From contig CAXXMU010000002.1 in assembly GCA_963667785.2 (NCBI GenBank), positions 96,001-160,000 of the forward strand: a stretch of DNA of 64,000 bases. The letters are read 5' to 3'. Position 1 is the first letter of the stretch. Each line of letters begins with the position of its first letter. A program made the position numbers and the translations under genes. A model generated the notes under the pieces. The model did no database searches and was not told the origin of the DNA. It was given only the letters and a program-made list of their open reading frames with translations. Source of the stretch: Alphaproteobacteria bacterium. GTDB taxonomy: Bacteria; Pseudomonadota; Alphaproteobacteria; UBA828. Of the stretch, positions 18,616-28,636 are shown one piece after another.

Positions 18616-21600
18616 GCTGGGCGCGGCGTTCGGCGGTGCCGGCCTCGTCCACCGCGAGCGTGCCGTCCTCCGCGCTTCCCGTCAGTATCACGCCGTAGAC
18701 CGCGTGCGCGTGGTCCCGCGTCACATACCCCTCCACCACGTCTTCCAGCACCCTCGCGGGCTCGCGGGTGAGGGGGTCGCCGTAGCCGCTGCCGCCGTTG
18801 TCGACCGAGCGCACGAACTCACCCGGCCCGAGCGCCAGCATCACGCCGTTCGGCACCGGGTCCTCCGCGCCGTCCGCGTGCAGGTGCCCGTGGTAGGCGT
18901 GGTTGGCGTCGCCGCCGCCGCGCACGCCCTTCGGCGGGTTGATCGTGCCGCCGCCCATGATGCTCACGGTCATCGGGTCGCGGCGCGGGCCGAAGATGAC
19001 CTCGGTCGCGGGCCCGCCGCGCCTGCGCCCGGCGCCGCCCGAATCGGGCAGAAGGCGCTGGGAGCGGATCAGCATGGGGAAGCGCTGCTCGTCGAACTCG
19101 ATGCTGTCCCGGTGCAAGAGCCCGCAGCCGCCCGGCGTGAGCAGGTAGATCATTCCGTCATGCTCGGGTAGCGCCGGCCCGCCGCCGCCCATCAGGTAGA
19201 CCTGGTTGATGTACTCGGCCCCGCCGCGGCGCCAGTCCTTGCCGGAGACCACGCCCATGCCGGCCGAGAAGCAGAGATTGCCCTGCGCCAGCCCGTGGCC
19301 GTCGCCGAGCTGGGTGAAGGCCGACTGCACCAGGTTCACCACCACGTCCGCCATGTTGGTGGTCGCGAGCGAGCAGGAGTGGGGGAAGCGCGGGATGCCG
19401 ACGACGCAGCCCTCCCGCAGCTTCACCTCGAGGCAGCGGAAGCTGCCGGCGTTGGGCGGGATGTCGGCCTCCAGGTTCTCGAACACGCCCTGGATGCAGT
19501 TGGCGGTGGCGCAGGCCTCGGTGAGATTGAGACCGGCGTCGATGCAGTCCGGGTTGTCGCGGAGGTCCACGGTGATGCGGCCCTGCTCGGGATCGATCGC
19601 GACCTTGACCGTGATCTCCAGGCTCTCGGGCAGGAAGGGCTGCACCGGGTCGTGCATGCCGCTGTTGACCAGGGTGCCGGCCGGCAGCCTGCCGATGGCG
19701 TGGCGTGCGCGGCGCTCGGCATAGTCGAACCAGGCATCGATGAAGCGCCGAACCCGGGCGACGCCGTGCTTGGCCGCGAAGGCCTTGAGCCGGCGCTCGC
19801 CGATCCGCGCCGCGCCGAGCTGCGAGAGGTAGTCGCCGTACCACTGCTCCGGCACCCTGATGCGGCGGCGGCACATGCGCACGATGTCCTCGTTGTCGCG
19901 GAACTCCCGCTGTACCCGCACGCAGGGGAAGATCAACGCGCCTTCTTCGTACACGTCGCGGGCGCGCGGCGTGTAGGTGGTGGGGATGCTGTCGCCGCAA
20001 TCGGCCTGATGGCCCTTCACGGTGACGTTGAAGAGGTGCTCGCCCTCGCAGAAGACCGGCACGATGATGGACCAGTCGGCGGCGTGGCTGTTGCCGTCGT
20101 AGGGGTCGTTGTGGAGGTAGGCGTCGCCCTCCTGAAAATCCGGGTGCACGCGGCACATGGTCCTAGTCTGCAGGTGGGCGCCGTAGATGTGGGCGGGGAT
20201 GCCCTCGGCGGCCGCCAGCAGCTCGTTCGAGGCGGTGACGATGGCGCAGGAGAAATCGCGCGACTGGCCGATCACCGCCGAGCGTGCGGTGCGCATCACG
20301 ACGCCGGTCATCTCGCGCAGAATGGCGTCGATGCGGTTCCCCATGATCGCCACCTGCACCGGGTCGAGCGTTTCGTCGCCGTCGCCCCTTGCGGCCCGCG
20401 CCTGCGCCTCCTCGTCCGCCGCTTCCAGGATGTAGTTGGCGCCGGGCGAGACCCGCGCCCGCATCAGGGGATAGACCACCACGGTGGTGGTCGGCTCCTC
20501 GATGATGGCGGGGCCTGCGATCGTGTCGCCCGCGATGAGGCTTGCGCCTTCGTAGACCGGTGTCTCCAGGAACCCGGCATCGCCGAAATAGGCGCGCGTG
20601 ACACGCCGCGGTGCGCGTTCGCCGCGTCCTGCCGTGCCGTCGACGGCTGCGGCGGGCCTGGGCCGGTCGAGCAAGGCCGTGAGCCGGCCCTTCCAGTTCA
20701 GGCACTCGAGCAGCCCGTCCTCCTCCTTCACGCCGTAGAGCCGCTCGTGCACCTCGTGGAAGTGCCCGACCAGCGCGTCGACGGCCTCGCGGCCGGCGAA
20801 GCGGGCGGCGGGCATCGCGATCTCCGTCTCCCACTGCTGGTTGAGGTAGCGCGCATCGACGAAATAGTCCGTGCGGAAGCGGGCGATCCCACGCGCCCGG
20901 AGGCGGTCCGCGAACTCCTCCATGCGCTCGTCGATCGCCGCCAGGGTCTCGTTGACCGCCGCCTCGTCCCAGTGGTCGGTGCGGACGTAGTGGCTCGCGC
21001 TGAACTCGGCGACGATGTCCGAGTACTGCGCGCCGCAGGCGCTGAGCGCGCCTGCCGTCTTGGGCAGCAGCACCCGGGTGCAGCCGAGGGCGGCGGCGAT
21101 CGGCAGGATGTTGAGGCCGGCAGCGCCCCCGCCCGCCACCAGCACGCTCTCGCGCGGGTTGACCCCCTCGTTGACCGTGATCTCCTCGATCGCCTTGATC
21201 ATGGTCTCGCTGGCGAGCGTGAGGATGGCCGCGGCCGTCTCCTCCACCGCCTTGCCGAGGGCTGCGGCCAACGAGGCGACCGCGCGCCGGGCGGCATCCA
21301 CGTCCAGCGTCATGCGCCCGCCGAGGAAGGCGTCCGGGTCGATATAGCCGAGCACCACGGCGGCGTCGGTCACAGTGGCCGCATCTCCGCCCCGGCCGTA
21401 GCACGCAGGCCCCGGGTCGGCGCCGGCGCTCTCCGGGCCGACGCGCAGCAGCCCGCCCGGGTCGATCCAGGCGATGGACCCGCCGCCCGCGCCGACGCTC
21501 CTCACGTCGACCGAGGAGAGCCCCAGATTGTGGCCGGAGAAGAGCCCGCCGAGCCAAGTCTCGCGCGTGTACTTGACCGCGCCGTCGCGCACCATGCTCA

Positions 21601-22495
21601 CGTCGAAGGTGGTGCCGCCGGCGTCGACCACCAGCACGTTCCGGCCGAGTCCCTCGGCCTCGGCGTAGGCGATGCCGGCGAGCGGCGCCATCGCCGGGCC
21701 GGACTTGACCATGAAGATCGGCCGGTCGGCGACGTCCTCCACGTGCATCAGGCCGCCGGAGACGGTGCTGACCAGCAGCTCGCCGGCGAACCCGGCGGCG
21801 CCGAGGTCGTCGCTGAGCGCCCGCAGGTGGCGCTGCATGAGTGGCTTCAGCGAGGCGTCGATCGCGGCCGAGGATGCGCGCGGATATTCGCGCAGGATCG
21901 GGTTGAGCTGGTGAGACAGCGTGTAGGGAACCCCGGGCATCGCCTCCTCGATCAGGGCGCCCAGCCGCTCCTCGTGCGCCGGGTTCCTGATCGACCAGAG
22001 CAGGCAGACGGCGACGGCCTCCACACCCTGGCGCGCAAGCCGGGCGAGCGCCGCGCGCGCCGCATCCTCGTCGAGCGCGCGCTCCACCTCGCCTTCCGCC
22101 GTCACCCGCTCGGGAATCTCGGCCGTGAGGCGGCGCGGCACGTAGGGCTTGAGCGGGTCGATATGGAGCTCGAAGGGATGCAGCTTGCCGCCCTGGCGGT
22201 AGACCAGGATGTCGGGAAAGCCCTCGGTCACGAGCAGCGCCGTCTTCGCGGTCGTGCCGGTGACGATCGCGTTGGTCGCCCAGGTCGTGCCGTAGATCAG
22301 CACGTCCGTCTCGCCGATCAGCGCCTCGAAGGGAATTCCCAGGTTGCGGGCCGCATCGGCCAGCCCCGCTTTCACGCCATCGGCGCTGCGTGCCGGGGTG
22401 GACGGCGCCTTGCCGACCGTGAGCGCGCCGCCGGGCGCTGCGACGACGACATCGGTGAAGGTGCCGCCGGTATCGACGGCGATTCGATAGGGCAT
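18575..22495 (-). CDS. Fused hydantoinase A/B (ATP-dependent oxoprolinase / N-methylhydantoinase family)
   Basis: VDTGGTFTD, SGPA, DAGGTTFD and GAGGGSIA (HyuA part); NDPY.GN.H, GHQAD.G, YEEGAL and GGSGYGDP (HyuB part); one ORF of about 1306 aa. Confidence 0.9.
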   Translation of the reverse strand: MPYRIAVDTGGTFTDVVVAAPGGALTVGKAPSTPARSADGVKAGLADAARNLGIPFEALIGETDVLIYGTTWATNAIVTGTTAKTALLVTEGFPDILVYRQGGKLHPFELHIDPLKPYVPRRLTAEIPERVTAEGEVERALDEDAARAALARLARQGVEAVAVCLLWSIRNPAHEERLGALIEEAMPGVPYTLSHQLNPILREYPRASSAAIDASLKPLMQRHLRALSDDLGAAGFAGELLVSTVSGGLMHVEDVADRPIFMVKSGPAMAPLAGIAYAEAEGLGRNVLVVDAGGTTFDVSMVRDGAVKYTRETWLGGLFSGHNLGLSSVDVRSVGAGGGSIAWIDPGGLLRVGPESAGADPGPACYGRGGDAATVTDAAVVLGYIDPDAFLGGRMTLDVDAARRAVASLAAALGKAVEETAAAILTLASETMIKAIEEITVNEGVNPRESVLVAGGGAAGLNILPIAAALGCTRVLLPKTAGALSACGAQYSDIVAEFSASHYVRTDHWDEAAVNETLAAIDERMEEFADRLRARGIARFRTDYFVDARYLNQQWETEIAMPAARFAGREAVDALVGHFHEVHERLYGVKEEDGLLECLNWKGRLTALLDRPRPAAAVDGTAGRGERAPRRVTRAYFGDAGFLETPVYEGASLIAGDTIAGPAIIEEPTTTVVVYPLMRARVSPGANYILEAADEEAQARAARGDGDETLDPVQVAIMGNRIDAILREMTGVVMRTARSAVIGQSRDFSCAIVTASNELLAAAEGIPAHIYGAHLQTRTMCRVHPDFQEGDAYLHNDPYDGNSHAADWSIIVPVFCEGEHLFNVTVKGHQADCGDSIPTTYTPRARDVYEEGALIFPCVRVQREFRDNEDIVRMCRRRIRVPEQWYGDYLSQLGAARIGERRLKAFAAKHGVARVRRFIDAWFDYAERRARHAIGRLPAGTLVNSGMHDPVQPFLPESLEITVKVAIDPEQGRITVDLRDNPDCIDAGLNLTEACATANCIQGVFENLEADIPPNAGSFRCLEVKLREGCVVGIPRFPHSCSLATTNMADVVVNLVQSAFTQLGDGHGLAQGNLCFSAGMGVVSGKDWRRGGAEYINQVYLMGGGGPALPEHDGMIYLLTPGGCGLLHRDSIEFDEQRFPMLIRSQRLLPDSGGAGRRRGGPATEVIFGPRRDPMTVSIMGGGTINPPKGVRGGGDANHAYHGHLHADGAEDPVPNGVMLALGPGEFVRSVDNGGSGYGDPLTREPARVLEDVVEGYVTRDHAHAVYGVILTGSAEDGTLAVDEAGTAERRAQLTVCSAGEASQPA

Positions 22496-22550
22496 GGCGG
22501 GGCTCCGCGGCGCGAACGAGGCGCCCATTCTACAGACTCCGGCGGTTGAG

Positions 22551-22674
22551 CGAGCGCCCGGCGCCTGAGGGATATGAACGGGGCCGTCAGGCCCCAACGG
22601 CGCGACTGCGCCGCGCGCCGAAGGCGCGTAGCCAAGCGAGTGGAACGAGCGCCCGGCGCCTGAGGGATATGAAC
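22551..22674. repeat. Structured element bounded by two identical 29-bp direct repeats
   Basis: CGAGCGCCCGGCGCCTGAGGGATATGAAC at 22551-22579 and 22646-22674; internal hairpins GGGGCC/GGCCCC and CGCGCC-GAA-GGCGCG. Confidence 0.85.
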
Positions 22675-22737
22675 AAATGTGGACGCCCTCTCGGCCCCGC
22701 GATAGTGTCGCGCCGCCAGTGAGAGAGGGGGCCTTTC

Positions 22738-23460
22738 ATGCGTCCATCCGGCCGTAGAGCGGACGAAATGCGCCAGGTCAGGCTGGAGCCCGGCGTGAGC
22801 AAGCATGCCGAGGGCTCTTGCCTGGTGTGCTTCGGTGACACGCAGGTGCTGTGCACGGCGAGCGTCGAGGAGCGTGTGCCGCCCTTCCTCCGCAACTCGG
22901 GGCGAGGCTGGGTCACCGGCGAGTATGGCATGCTGCCGCGCTCCACCGGCTCGCGGTCGGCCCGCGAAGCGGCGCGCGGGCGCCAGGGCGGGCGCACCCA
23001 GGAGATCCAGCGCCTGATCGGGCGCTCGCTCCGCGCCGTGACCGAGCTGGACGCCCTCGGCGAGCGTCAGATCACGCTGGACTGCGACGTCATCCAGGCC
23101 GATGGCGGCACCCGCACCGCAGCGATCACCGGCGCCTACGTGGCGCTGCATGCGGCGCTCGAGGGCCTCGTGGCATGCGGAGCGATCGAGCGGCCGCCGC
23201 TCGCGGACCAGGTCGCCGCCGTGAGCTGCGGCGTCGTCGGCGGCGAGGCGGTGCTCGATCTCGACTACGACGAGGACAGCAACGCGGACGCGGACGCGAA
23301 CTTCGTGCTCACCGCGGCAGGCGGGATCGTCGAGGTCCAGGGCACGGCGGAGGGCGACCCCTTCAGCGAGGCGCAGCTCCTCGCCATGCTGGCGCTCGCC
23401 CGCTCGGGCGCCGAGCGGCTCTTCGCCCTGCAGCGGGACGCGCTGGCCGGGGGAGGATAG
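22738..23460 (+). CDS. rph: Ribonuclease PH
   Basis: [26 protein letters not shown] and [13 protein letters not shown] motifs. Confidence 0.97.
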   Translation: MRPSGRRADEMRQVRLEPGVSKHAEGSCLVCFGDTQVLCTASVEERVPPFLRNSGRGWVTGEYGMLPRSTGSRSAREAARGRQGGRTQEIQRLIGRSLRAVTELDALGERQITLDCDVIQADGGTRTAAITGAYVALHAALEGLVACGAIERPPLADQVAAVSCGVVGGEAVLDLDYDEDSNADADANFVLTAAGGIVEVQGTAEGDPFSEAQLLAMLALARSGAERLFALQRDALAGGG

Positions 23461-23468
23461 GCGCTCTC

Positions 23469-24086
23469 ATGGCCCGACGGCTCGCGGCCTCGCGCCTGAT
23501 CGTGGCGAGCCACAACGCAGGCAAGGTGTGCGAGATCGAGGCGCTGCTCGGCCCCCTCGGTATCGAGACGGTGGGTGCTGCGGCGCTCGGCCTCGCGGAG
23601 CCGGAGGAGACCGGCGAGACCTTCGTCGCCAACGCGGCGCTCAAGGCCCGCGCGGCGGCCACAGCCAGCGGAGAGCCTGCGCTTGCGGACGATTCCGGCC
23701 TCGTGGTGCCGGCGCTCGACGGTGCGCCCGGCATCTATTCCGCCCGCTGGGCCGGGCCGGGGAAGGATTTCCGCGTGGCGATGGACCGTATCGAGCGGGA
23801 GCTGGCGGCCCGTGGGGTCGCGATCGTGGGCACGGCGGCCTATTTCGTCTGCTCTCTCTCCCTCGGCTGGCCCGACGGCCAGTGTGAGACGGTGGAGGGG
23901 CGGGTGGATGGCACGCTCACCTGGCCGCCGCGCGGCCCCCACGGCTTCGGCTACGACCCGATCTTCGTCCCCGAAGGCCATGCGCGCACCTTCGGCGAGA
24001 TGCCGCCCGAGGAGAAGCAGCCGTTGACCCACAGGGCGCGGGCCTTCGAGCGCCTCGTCGCGTCATGCCTGCAGCCCCCGCCGTGA
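23469..24086 (+). CDS. rdgB: Non-canonical purine NTP pyrophosphatase
   Basis: [29 protein letters not shown] and HRARA motifs; conserved position after rph. Confidence 0.95.
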   Translation: MARRLAASRLIVASHNAGKVCEIEALLGPLGIETVGAAALGLAEPEETGETFVANAALKARAAATASGEPALADDSGLVVPALDGAPGIYSARWAGPGKDFRVAMDRIERELAARGVAIVGTAAYFVCSLSLGWPDGQCETVEGRVDGTLTWPPRGPHGFGYDPIFVPEGHARTFGEMPPEEKQPLTHRARAFERLVASCLQPPP

Positions 24087-25270
24087 GCGCCGCTGCCGAT
24101 CCGTTGCCCGGAGCCACGCCGGCCGCGCTCGCCCTCTATGTCCACTGGCCCTTCTGCCTCTCCAAGTGCCCGTACTGTGACTTCAACAGCCACGTCCGCG
24201 AGAGCGTCGATGAGGCCCGCTGGCAGCGCGCACTGCTCGCCGAGCTCGACCACTTCGCCGACATGCTGCCCGGCGCGACTGTCGCCAGCGTCTTCTTCGG
24301 CGGGGGTACGCCCTCGCTGATGCCGCCCGGCACCGCGGCCCGCATCATCGAGCGGGCGGCGGCGCGCTGGGTACTCGCGGCGGATGCCGAGATCACCCTC
24401 GAAGCTAACCCGACCTCGACCGAGGCGGCCCGGCTCGAGGATTTTCGCTCGGCCGGCGTGAACCGCGTCTCGCTCGGCGTGCAGGCGCTGGACGATGGCG
24501 CGCTCGGCTTCCTCGGGCGCGGGCACGACGCGGCCGAAGCGCGCGCTGCGGTCGCGCTGGCGCAGCGCATCATGCCGCGCAGCTCCTTCGACCTCATCTA
24601 CGCGCGGCCGGGCCAGACCGTCGAGGCATGGCGTGCGGAGCTGAACGAGGCGCTGGCCCTGGCCGGCGATCACCTGTCGCTCTACCAGCTCACCATCGAA
24701 AAGGGCACCCCCTTCTTCCGGCTGGAGCGCGAGGGCGCGTTCGCCCTGCCCGACGACGACCTCAGCCGCGCCCTCTTCGACCTGACGCAGGAGGCGACGG
24801 CGGCGGCCGGCTTCGCGGCCTACGAGGTCTCCAACCACGGGCGGGGCGGCGATGTCTGCCGACACAATCTCGCCTACTGGCGCTATGACGACTATGTGGG
24901 CATCGGGCCGGGCGCCCACGGCCGCATCCGGCCGGCAGGGGGCGGGCGGCAGGCGCTGCGCCAGCACGCCGGGCCGGAGGGCTGGCTTGCCGCCGTCGAG
25001 CGCGACGGCTTCGGTACCGCCGAGACCCGCCACTTGAGCGCGGACGAGCAGGCGCGCGAGATGCTGATGATGGGCCTTCGCCTGGCGGAAGGGGTGTCGG
25101 AATCGCGCCTGGCCGAGCGCACCGGCTGCGATCCCGACCGGGTGATCGACCGCGCCGGCCTCGACCGCCTCTGCCGGGCGGGCTACCTGGAGCGGCGGGG
25201 CGGGCGCCTCTGCGCCACCGCTGCCGGTCGGCCGCTCCTCAACAGCCTGCTGGTTACCCTGCTCGCCTGA
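24083..25270 (+). CDS. hemW: Radical SAM heme chaperone HemW
   Basis: [23 protein letters not shown] and HNLAYW motifs; GTGA overlap with the rdgB stop. Confidence 0.93.
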   Translation: MSAAADPLPGATPAALALYVHWPFCLSKCPYCDFNSHVRESVDEARWQRALLAELDHFADMLPGATVASVFFGGGTPSLMPPGTAARIIERAAARWVLAADAEITLEANPTSTEAARLEDFRSAGVNRVSLGVQALDDGALGFLGRGHDAAEARAAVALAQRIMPRSSFDLIYARPGQTVEAWRAELNEALALAGDHLSLYQLTIEKGTPFFRLEREGAFALPDDDLSRALFDLTQEATAAAGFAAYEVSNHGRGGDVCRHNLAYWRYDDYVGIGPGAHGRIRPAGGGRQALRQHAGPEGWLAAVERDGFGTAETRHLSADEQAREMLMMGLRLAEGVSESRLAERTGCDPDRVIDRAGLDRLCRAGYLERRGGRLCATAAGRPLLNSLLVTLLA

Positions 25271-25298
25271 GCGGCTGGCGCCGCCCCAAGGGTGCGGG

Positions 25299-25988
25299 CT
25301 ACGGCCGGTCCGTCCCTGCGCGCGTCTGCATCGGGCCGGCGGCGGCACGGGCGGCCTCGCGGAGGCGCCGCAGCAGTCCCAGCTCGGGCGGGCGGAAGCG
25401 GGCGAGGCGCGCGCGCACGGTCTGGACGCGCATCACGTCGGCGATGCGGCGGTCGAGGAAGGCCCAGCTCGCCTCCGATCCCTCCGAGCTGTCGTTCAAC
25501 CAGTAGAGGAGCGTGGAGAGATAGACGCCCGCGAGCAGGGCGCGCTTGGAGTAGAAGCCGAAATCGGTGGTCCGGTCGCCCGTCGCGAACCAGATCGTGT
25601 CCACGGTGCGGTAGAGCGAGATCAGCGCGTGCGGGCCGTTGGCCGGTTGCGCCAGGATCGGCAGCGCGGCGCGAATCGCCTCCCGGTGCGCCGCGTTCTG
25701 CCCGAGCCTAAGCCGCACGGCATGCGCGATCCGCTCCCGCACCTTGAGCTCCGCCAGGTCGGTCTCTTCGAGCGCTTCCTCCAGGCGGCGGTCGGCGTAG
25801 GCCGCGTGGTAGATGACGAGAGCGACCGGGCCGCCGGGGAAGGCGTCGCGTGCCGCCTCGGGCTCCAGCTCGAGCTCGGCCGCCGCTGTCGTGAGCGCCG
25901 CATCGGACCAACCGTCGAACGGCACGTGGGGCAGCGCCGCGAGCAGTAGACGGTCGCGGGTCTCGTCCCCCGGAAGCGCCTGCCACAC
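25299..25988 (-). CDS. COQ9 family protein
   Basis: HVPFDGWS, VDTIW...GD..TDF..YSKRA.L and FLDRRIADVM motifs. Confidence 0.9.
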   Translation of the reverse strand: MWQALPGDETRDRLLLAALPHVPFDGWSDAALTTAAAELELEPEAARDAFPGGPVALVIYHAAYADRRLEEALEETDLAELKVRERIAHAVRLRLGQNAAHREAIRAALPILAQPANGPHALISLYRTVDTIWFATGDRTTDFGFYSKRALLAGVYLSTLLYWLNDSSEGSEASWAFLDRRIADVMRVQTVRARLARFRPPELGLLRRLREAARAAAGPMQTRAGTDRP

Positions 25989-25991
25989 GGC

Positions 25992-26561
25992 TCAGGCCTC
26001 CTCCACCGGCCCCTCCCGGCCGAGCTCGCTGGTGAAGGCGAGGGTCGAGAGGTCGTTCATCCGCATGGGGTAGAGGATGCCGTCCAGGTGGTCGCACTCG
26101 TGCTGCACCACCCGCGCATGGAAACCGTGCGCCTCGCGCTCGCGAGCGCGGCCCTCGGTATCGGTCCAGCGATAGCGGATGCGGTCGTGGCGCGGCACCA
26201 GGCCGGCGAGACCGGGGAGCGAGAGGCACGCCTCCAGGTCCTCCACCATGTGCTCGCCGATGGGCTCGATCACCGGATTGATCAGGACCGTGGGCGATTC
26301 GAGCGCGGCCGGGTCCGCCCCGTCGCCGTCGTCCCCATCCGCGCCATCCGCCGTCTCGCGGCCGGGGGGCACGCGGAAGAGCACGAGGCGCAGCGGCACG
26401 TGCACCTGGGGCGCCGCGAGACCGGCGCCGTTCGCATCCGCGAGCGTCTCCATCATGTCCCCGATCAGGCGCGCGATCTCGGGCGCGGCCGGATCGGCGA
26501 CCGGTGCGGCCGCGCCGCCGAGCACGGGATGGCCCATGCGCGCGATCTTGAGGATTGCCAT
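25992..26561 (-). CDS. def: Peptide deformylase
   Basis: GAGLAAPQ, EACLS and QHECDHLDG motifs. Confidence 0.93.
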   Translation of the reverse strand: MAILKIARMGHPVLGGAAAPVADPAAPEIARLIGDMMETLADANGAGLAAPQVHVPLRLVLFRVPPGRETADGADGDDGDGADPAALESPTVLINPVIEPIGEHMVEDLEACLSLPGLAGLVPRHDRIRYRWTDTEGRAREREAHGFHARVVQHECDHLDGILYPMRMNDLSTLAFTSELGREGPVEEA

Positions 26562-26749
26562 GCCCCCTATATGGACCGCGCCGGGCCCGCCGTAAACCGC
26601 CGCACGGCGGCGAAGCGGCCGAGGCAGTAGCATCCGGCCCCGTTTTCGCCCGTCTGACCCGCGCGGACCGGGGGCAGCAGAGGGACTGGCGACAACATCT
26701 CAATTTCGGTATGCTCCGCCCCCGCTGCGGAACAATATTTCGAAATTCA

Positions 26750-27286
26750 ATGACCGGACCTGCCACCGCGCGGCTGCTGTTCCTCGTCCCGGCGCTCGTG
26801 GGCGTCGCCCTTCTCGGCGGCATCCAGGGAGCGGACGCCCAGCCGAAGCCCGAGCCCCTGGCGTCGAACGCGAACTGGGCGGCGCACAGCTACGTCACGG
26901 ACGGGAACAAGGTCTGCTACATGTACGCCAAGCCGGCCAACTCCAAGGGCAACTTCACGCGGCGCAGCCCGCCCAATGTCATGGTGACCCGGCGCCAGGG
27001 AAGCAGGACGACCGAGGAGGTGAGCGTGACCTCGGGCTATCCCTATCCGGCGAAGAAGCCTGTGAGGGTAACCATCGACGGCCGGCGCTTCAGTTTCGAC
27101 GTGACCCTGGACGAGCATGCCTGGGTGAGCGAAGAGTCGCTGGATGCGACGGTCGTCAAGGCCATGATCCGCGGCCGCGAGCTGACGGTGCGCGGAACCT
27201 CCCTCAAGGGCACCTATTCCGAAGACACGTACTCCCTCATCGGCTTTACCAAGATCCGCGACGCCATCGTCAAGGCGTGCCCCTAG
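26750..27286 (+). CDS. Invasion-associated locus B (IalB) family protein
   Basis: Signal peptide, then W......KVCY, GYPY and DTYSL.GFT...C; the usual gene upstream of rlmN in alphaproteobacteria. Confidence 0.82.
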   Translation: MTGPATARLLFLVPALVGVALLGGIQGADAQPKPEPLASNANWAAHSYVTDGNKVCYMYAKPANSKGNFTRRSPPNVMVTRRQGSRTTEEVSVTSGYPYPAKKPVRVTIDGRRFSFDVTLDEHAWVSEESLDATVVKAMIRGRELTVRGTSLKGTYSEDTYSLIGFTKIRDAIVKACP

Positions 27287-28473
27287 ACCGGGGGCCGGGC
27301 GTGCAGCACCTGCCCGCCGCCGGCGACGAAGCCACCATCCGAGCGAACACCGTGCCCGACGAGCGCGAGAGCGTGATCGGGCTCACGCGCGACGAGCTCG
27401 CCGACCGCCTGCGCGCTCTCGACGTGCCGGCGGAGCGCGTGCCCATGCGGGTCAAGCAGCTCTGGCACTGGATTTACCACCGCGGCGCCACCGAATTCGA
27501 CGCCATGACCACGATCGGCGGCGCGCTCCGCGGCGCGCTGGCGGAGCGCCACACCCTGGCGCGCCCCGGGCTGGCGGCGGAGCAGCGCTCGGCGGACGGC
27601 ACGCGGAAGTGGCTGCTGCGCTTCGCCGACGGCCGGGAGGTTGAGACCGTCTATATCCCCGAGGAGGACCGCGGCGCGCTCTGCCTCTCCTCCCAGGTCG
27701 GTTGCACGCTCTCCTGCACCTTCTGCCATACGGGAACCCAGCGCCTGGTGCGCAACCTGACGGCGGGCGAGATCGTCGCGCAGGTCCTCGTGGCCCGCGA
27801 TTCCTACGGCGAGTGGCCGTCCCCGCGCGGGCCGCGCATGCTGTCCAACATCGTGATGATGGGCATGGGCGAGCCTCTCTTCAATTTCGACAATGTCGCG
27901 AGCGCGCTCCGTACCGTCATGGATCCGGAGGGCATCGCGCTCTCGCGCCGGCGGATCACGTTGTCCACCGCCGGCGTCGTGCCGATGATCGAGCGCTGCG
28001 GCGCCGAGCTCGGCGTGGGTCTCGCGGTCTCGCTCCACGCGGTGCGCGACGGGCTCCGCGACGAGCTCGTGCCCATCAACCGCAAGTACCCGATCGCCGA
28101 CCTGCTCGACGCCTGCCGCCGTTACCCCGGCGCCAGCAATGCGCGTCGCATCACCTTCGAGTACGTGATGCTGCGGGGCGTGAACGATACCGAGTCCGAC
28201 GCCCGCGAGCTGGTGCGGCTGATCGCGGGGATTCCGGCCAAGCTCAACCTGATTCCCTTCAATCCCTGGCCGGGTGCGCCCTACGAATGCTCGTCGGCGG
28301 ACGCGATCGAGAGGTTCGCGGCGATCGTCAACCGGGCGGGCTATGCGGCGCCGGTGCGCACCCCGCGCGGCCGCGACATCCTGGCGGCGTGCGGCCAGCT
28401 CAAGTCAGCGAGCGCCCCCCGCCCGCGTCGGCGCGGCGTCGCGGCGCAGCATGCGGGAGCGCCTGCCGGCTGA
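27277..28473 (+). CDS. rlmN: Dual-specificity 23S rRNA m2A2503 / tRNA m2A37 methyltransferase
   Basis: [23 protein letters not shown] and DILAACGQL motifs; exact start uncertain. Confidence 0.96.
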   Translation: MPLDRGPGVQHLPAAGDEATIRANTVPDERESVIGLTRDELADRLRALDVPAERVPMRVKQLWHWIYHRGATEFDAMTTIGGALRGALAERHTLARPGLAAEQRSADGTRKWLLRFADGREVETVYIPEEDRGALCLSSQVGCTLSCTFCHTGTQRLVRNLTAGEIVAQVLVARDSYGEWPSPRGPRMLSNIVMMGMGEPLFNFDNVASALRTVMDPEGIALSRRRITLSTAGVVPMIERCGAELGVGLAVSLHAVRDGLRDELVPINRKYPIADLLDACRRYPGASNARRITFEYVMLRGVNDTESDARELVRLIAGIPAKLNLIPFNPWPGAPYECSSADAIERFAAIVNRAGYAAPVRTPRGRDILAACGQLKSASAPRPRRRGVAAQHAGAPAG

Positions 28474-28484
28474 GCCGAGACTTG

Positions 28485-28594
28485 CCCTCCTCACCCCGGC
28501 CCTCTCCTCCCCCGGGCGGAGAGGGAGAGCATGCCGGTGCCGTCTGCGTCCCCTCTCCGCCCTTCGAGGGGGGAGAGGGACAGGGAGAGGTGGG
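28485..28594. repeat. REP-like double-hairpin dispersed repeat, copy 2 (between convergent genes)
   Basis: CCTCACCCCGGCCCTCTCC...GGAGAGGGAG...CCCTCTCC...GGAGAGGGACAGGGAGAGGTGG; same family as 6765-6873. Confidence 0.78.
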
Positions 28595-28636
28595 TGCCGT
28601 TCGTGCCGCCGCAATCCGGAAAGGTCGGAAGCTGCC

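Noticed and set aside
19295-22549. Long antisense and alternative-frame ORFs (for example 19295..22549 +, 33270..36161 -, 33272..37852 +, 28274..30943 +, 58567..60717 +)
   Set aside because: These are shadow ORFs expected in high-GC DNA; they overlap well-supported genes and have Arg/Ala/Gly/Pro-biased, motif-less translations.
22551-22674. Possible mini-CRISPR
   Set aside because: Only two repeats, a 66-bp highly structured spacer and no cas genes in the window.
25992-26561. Peptide deformylase with EACLS instead of EGCLS and an acidic loop insertion
   Set aside because: The metal ligands (Cys and HExxH) are intact and the loop is a variable region, so this is probably ordinary variation.
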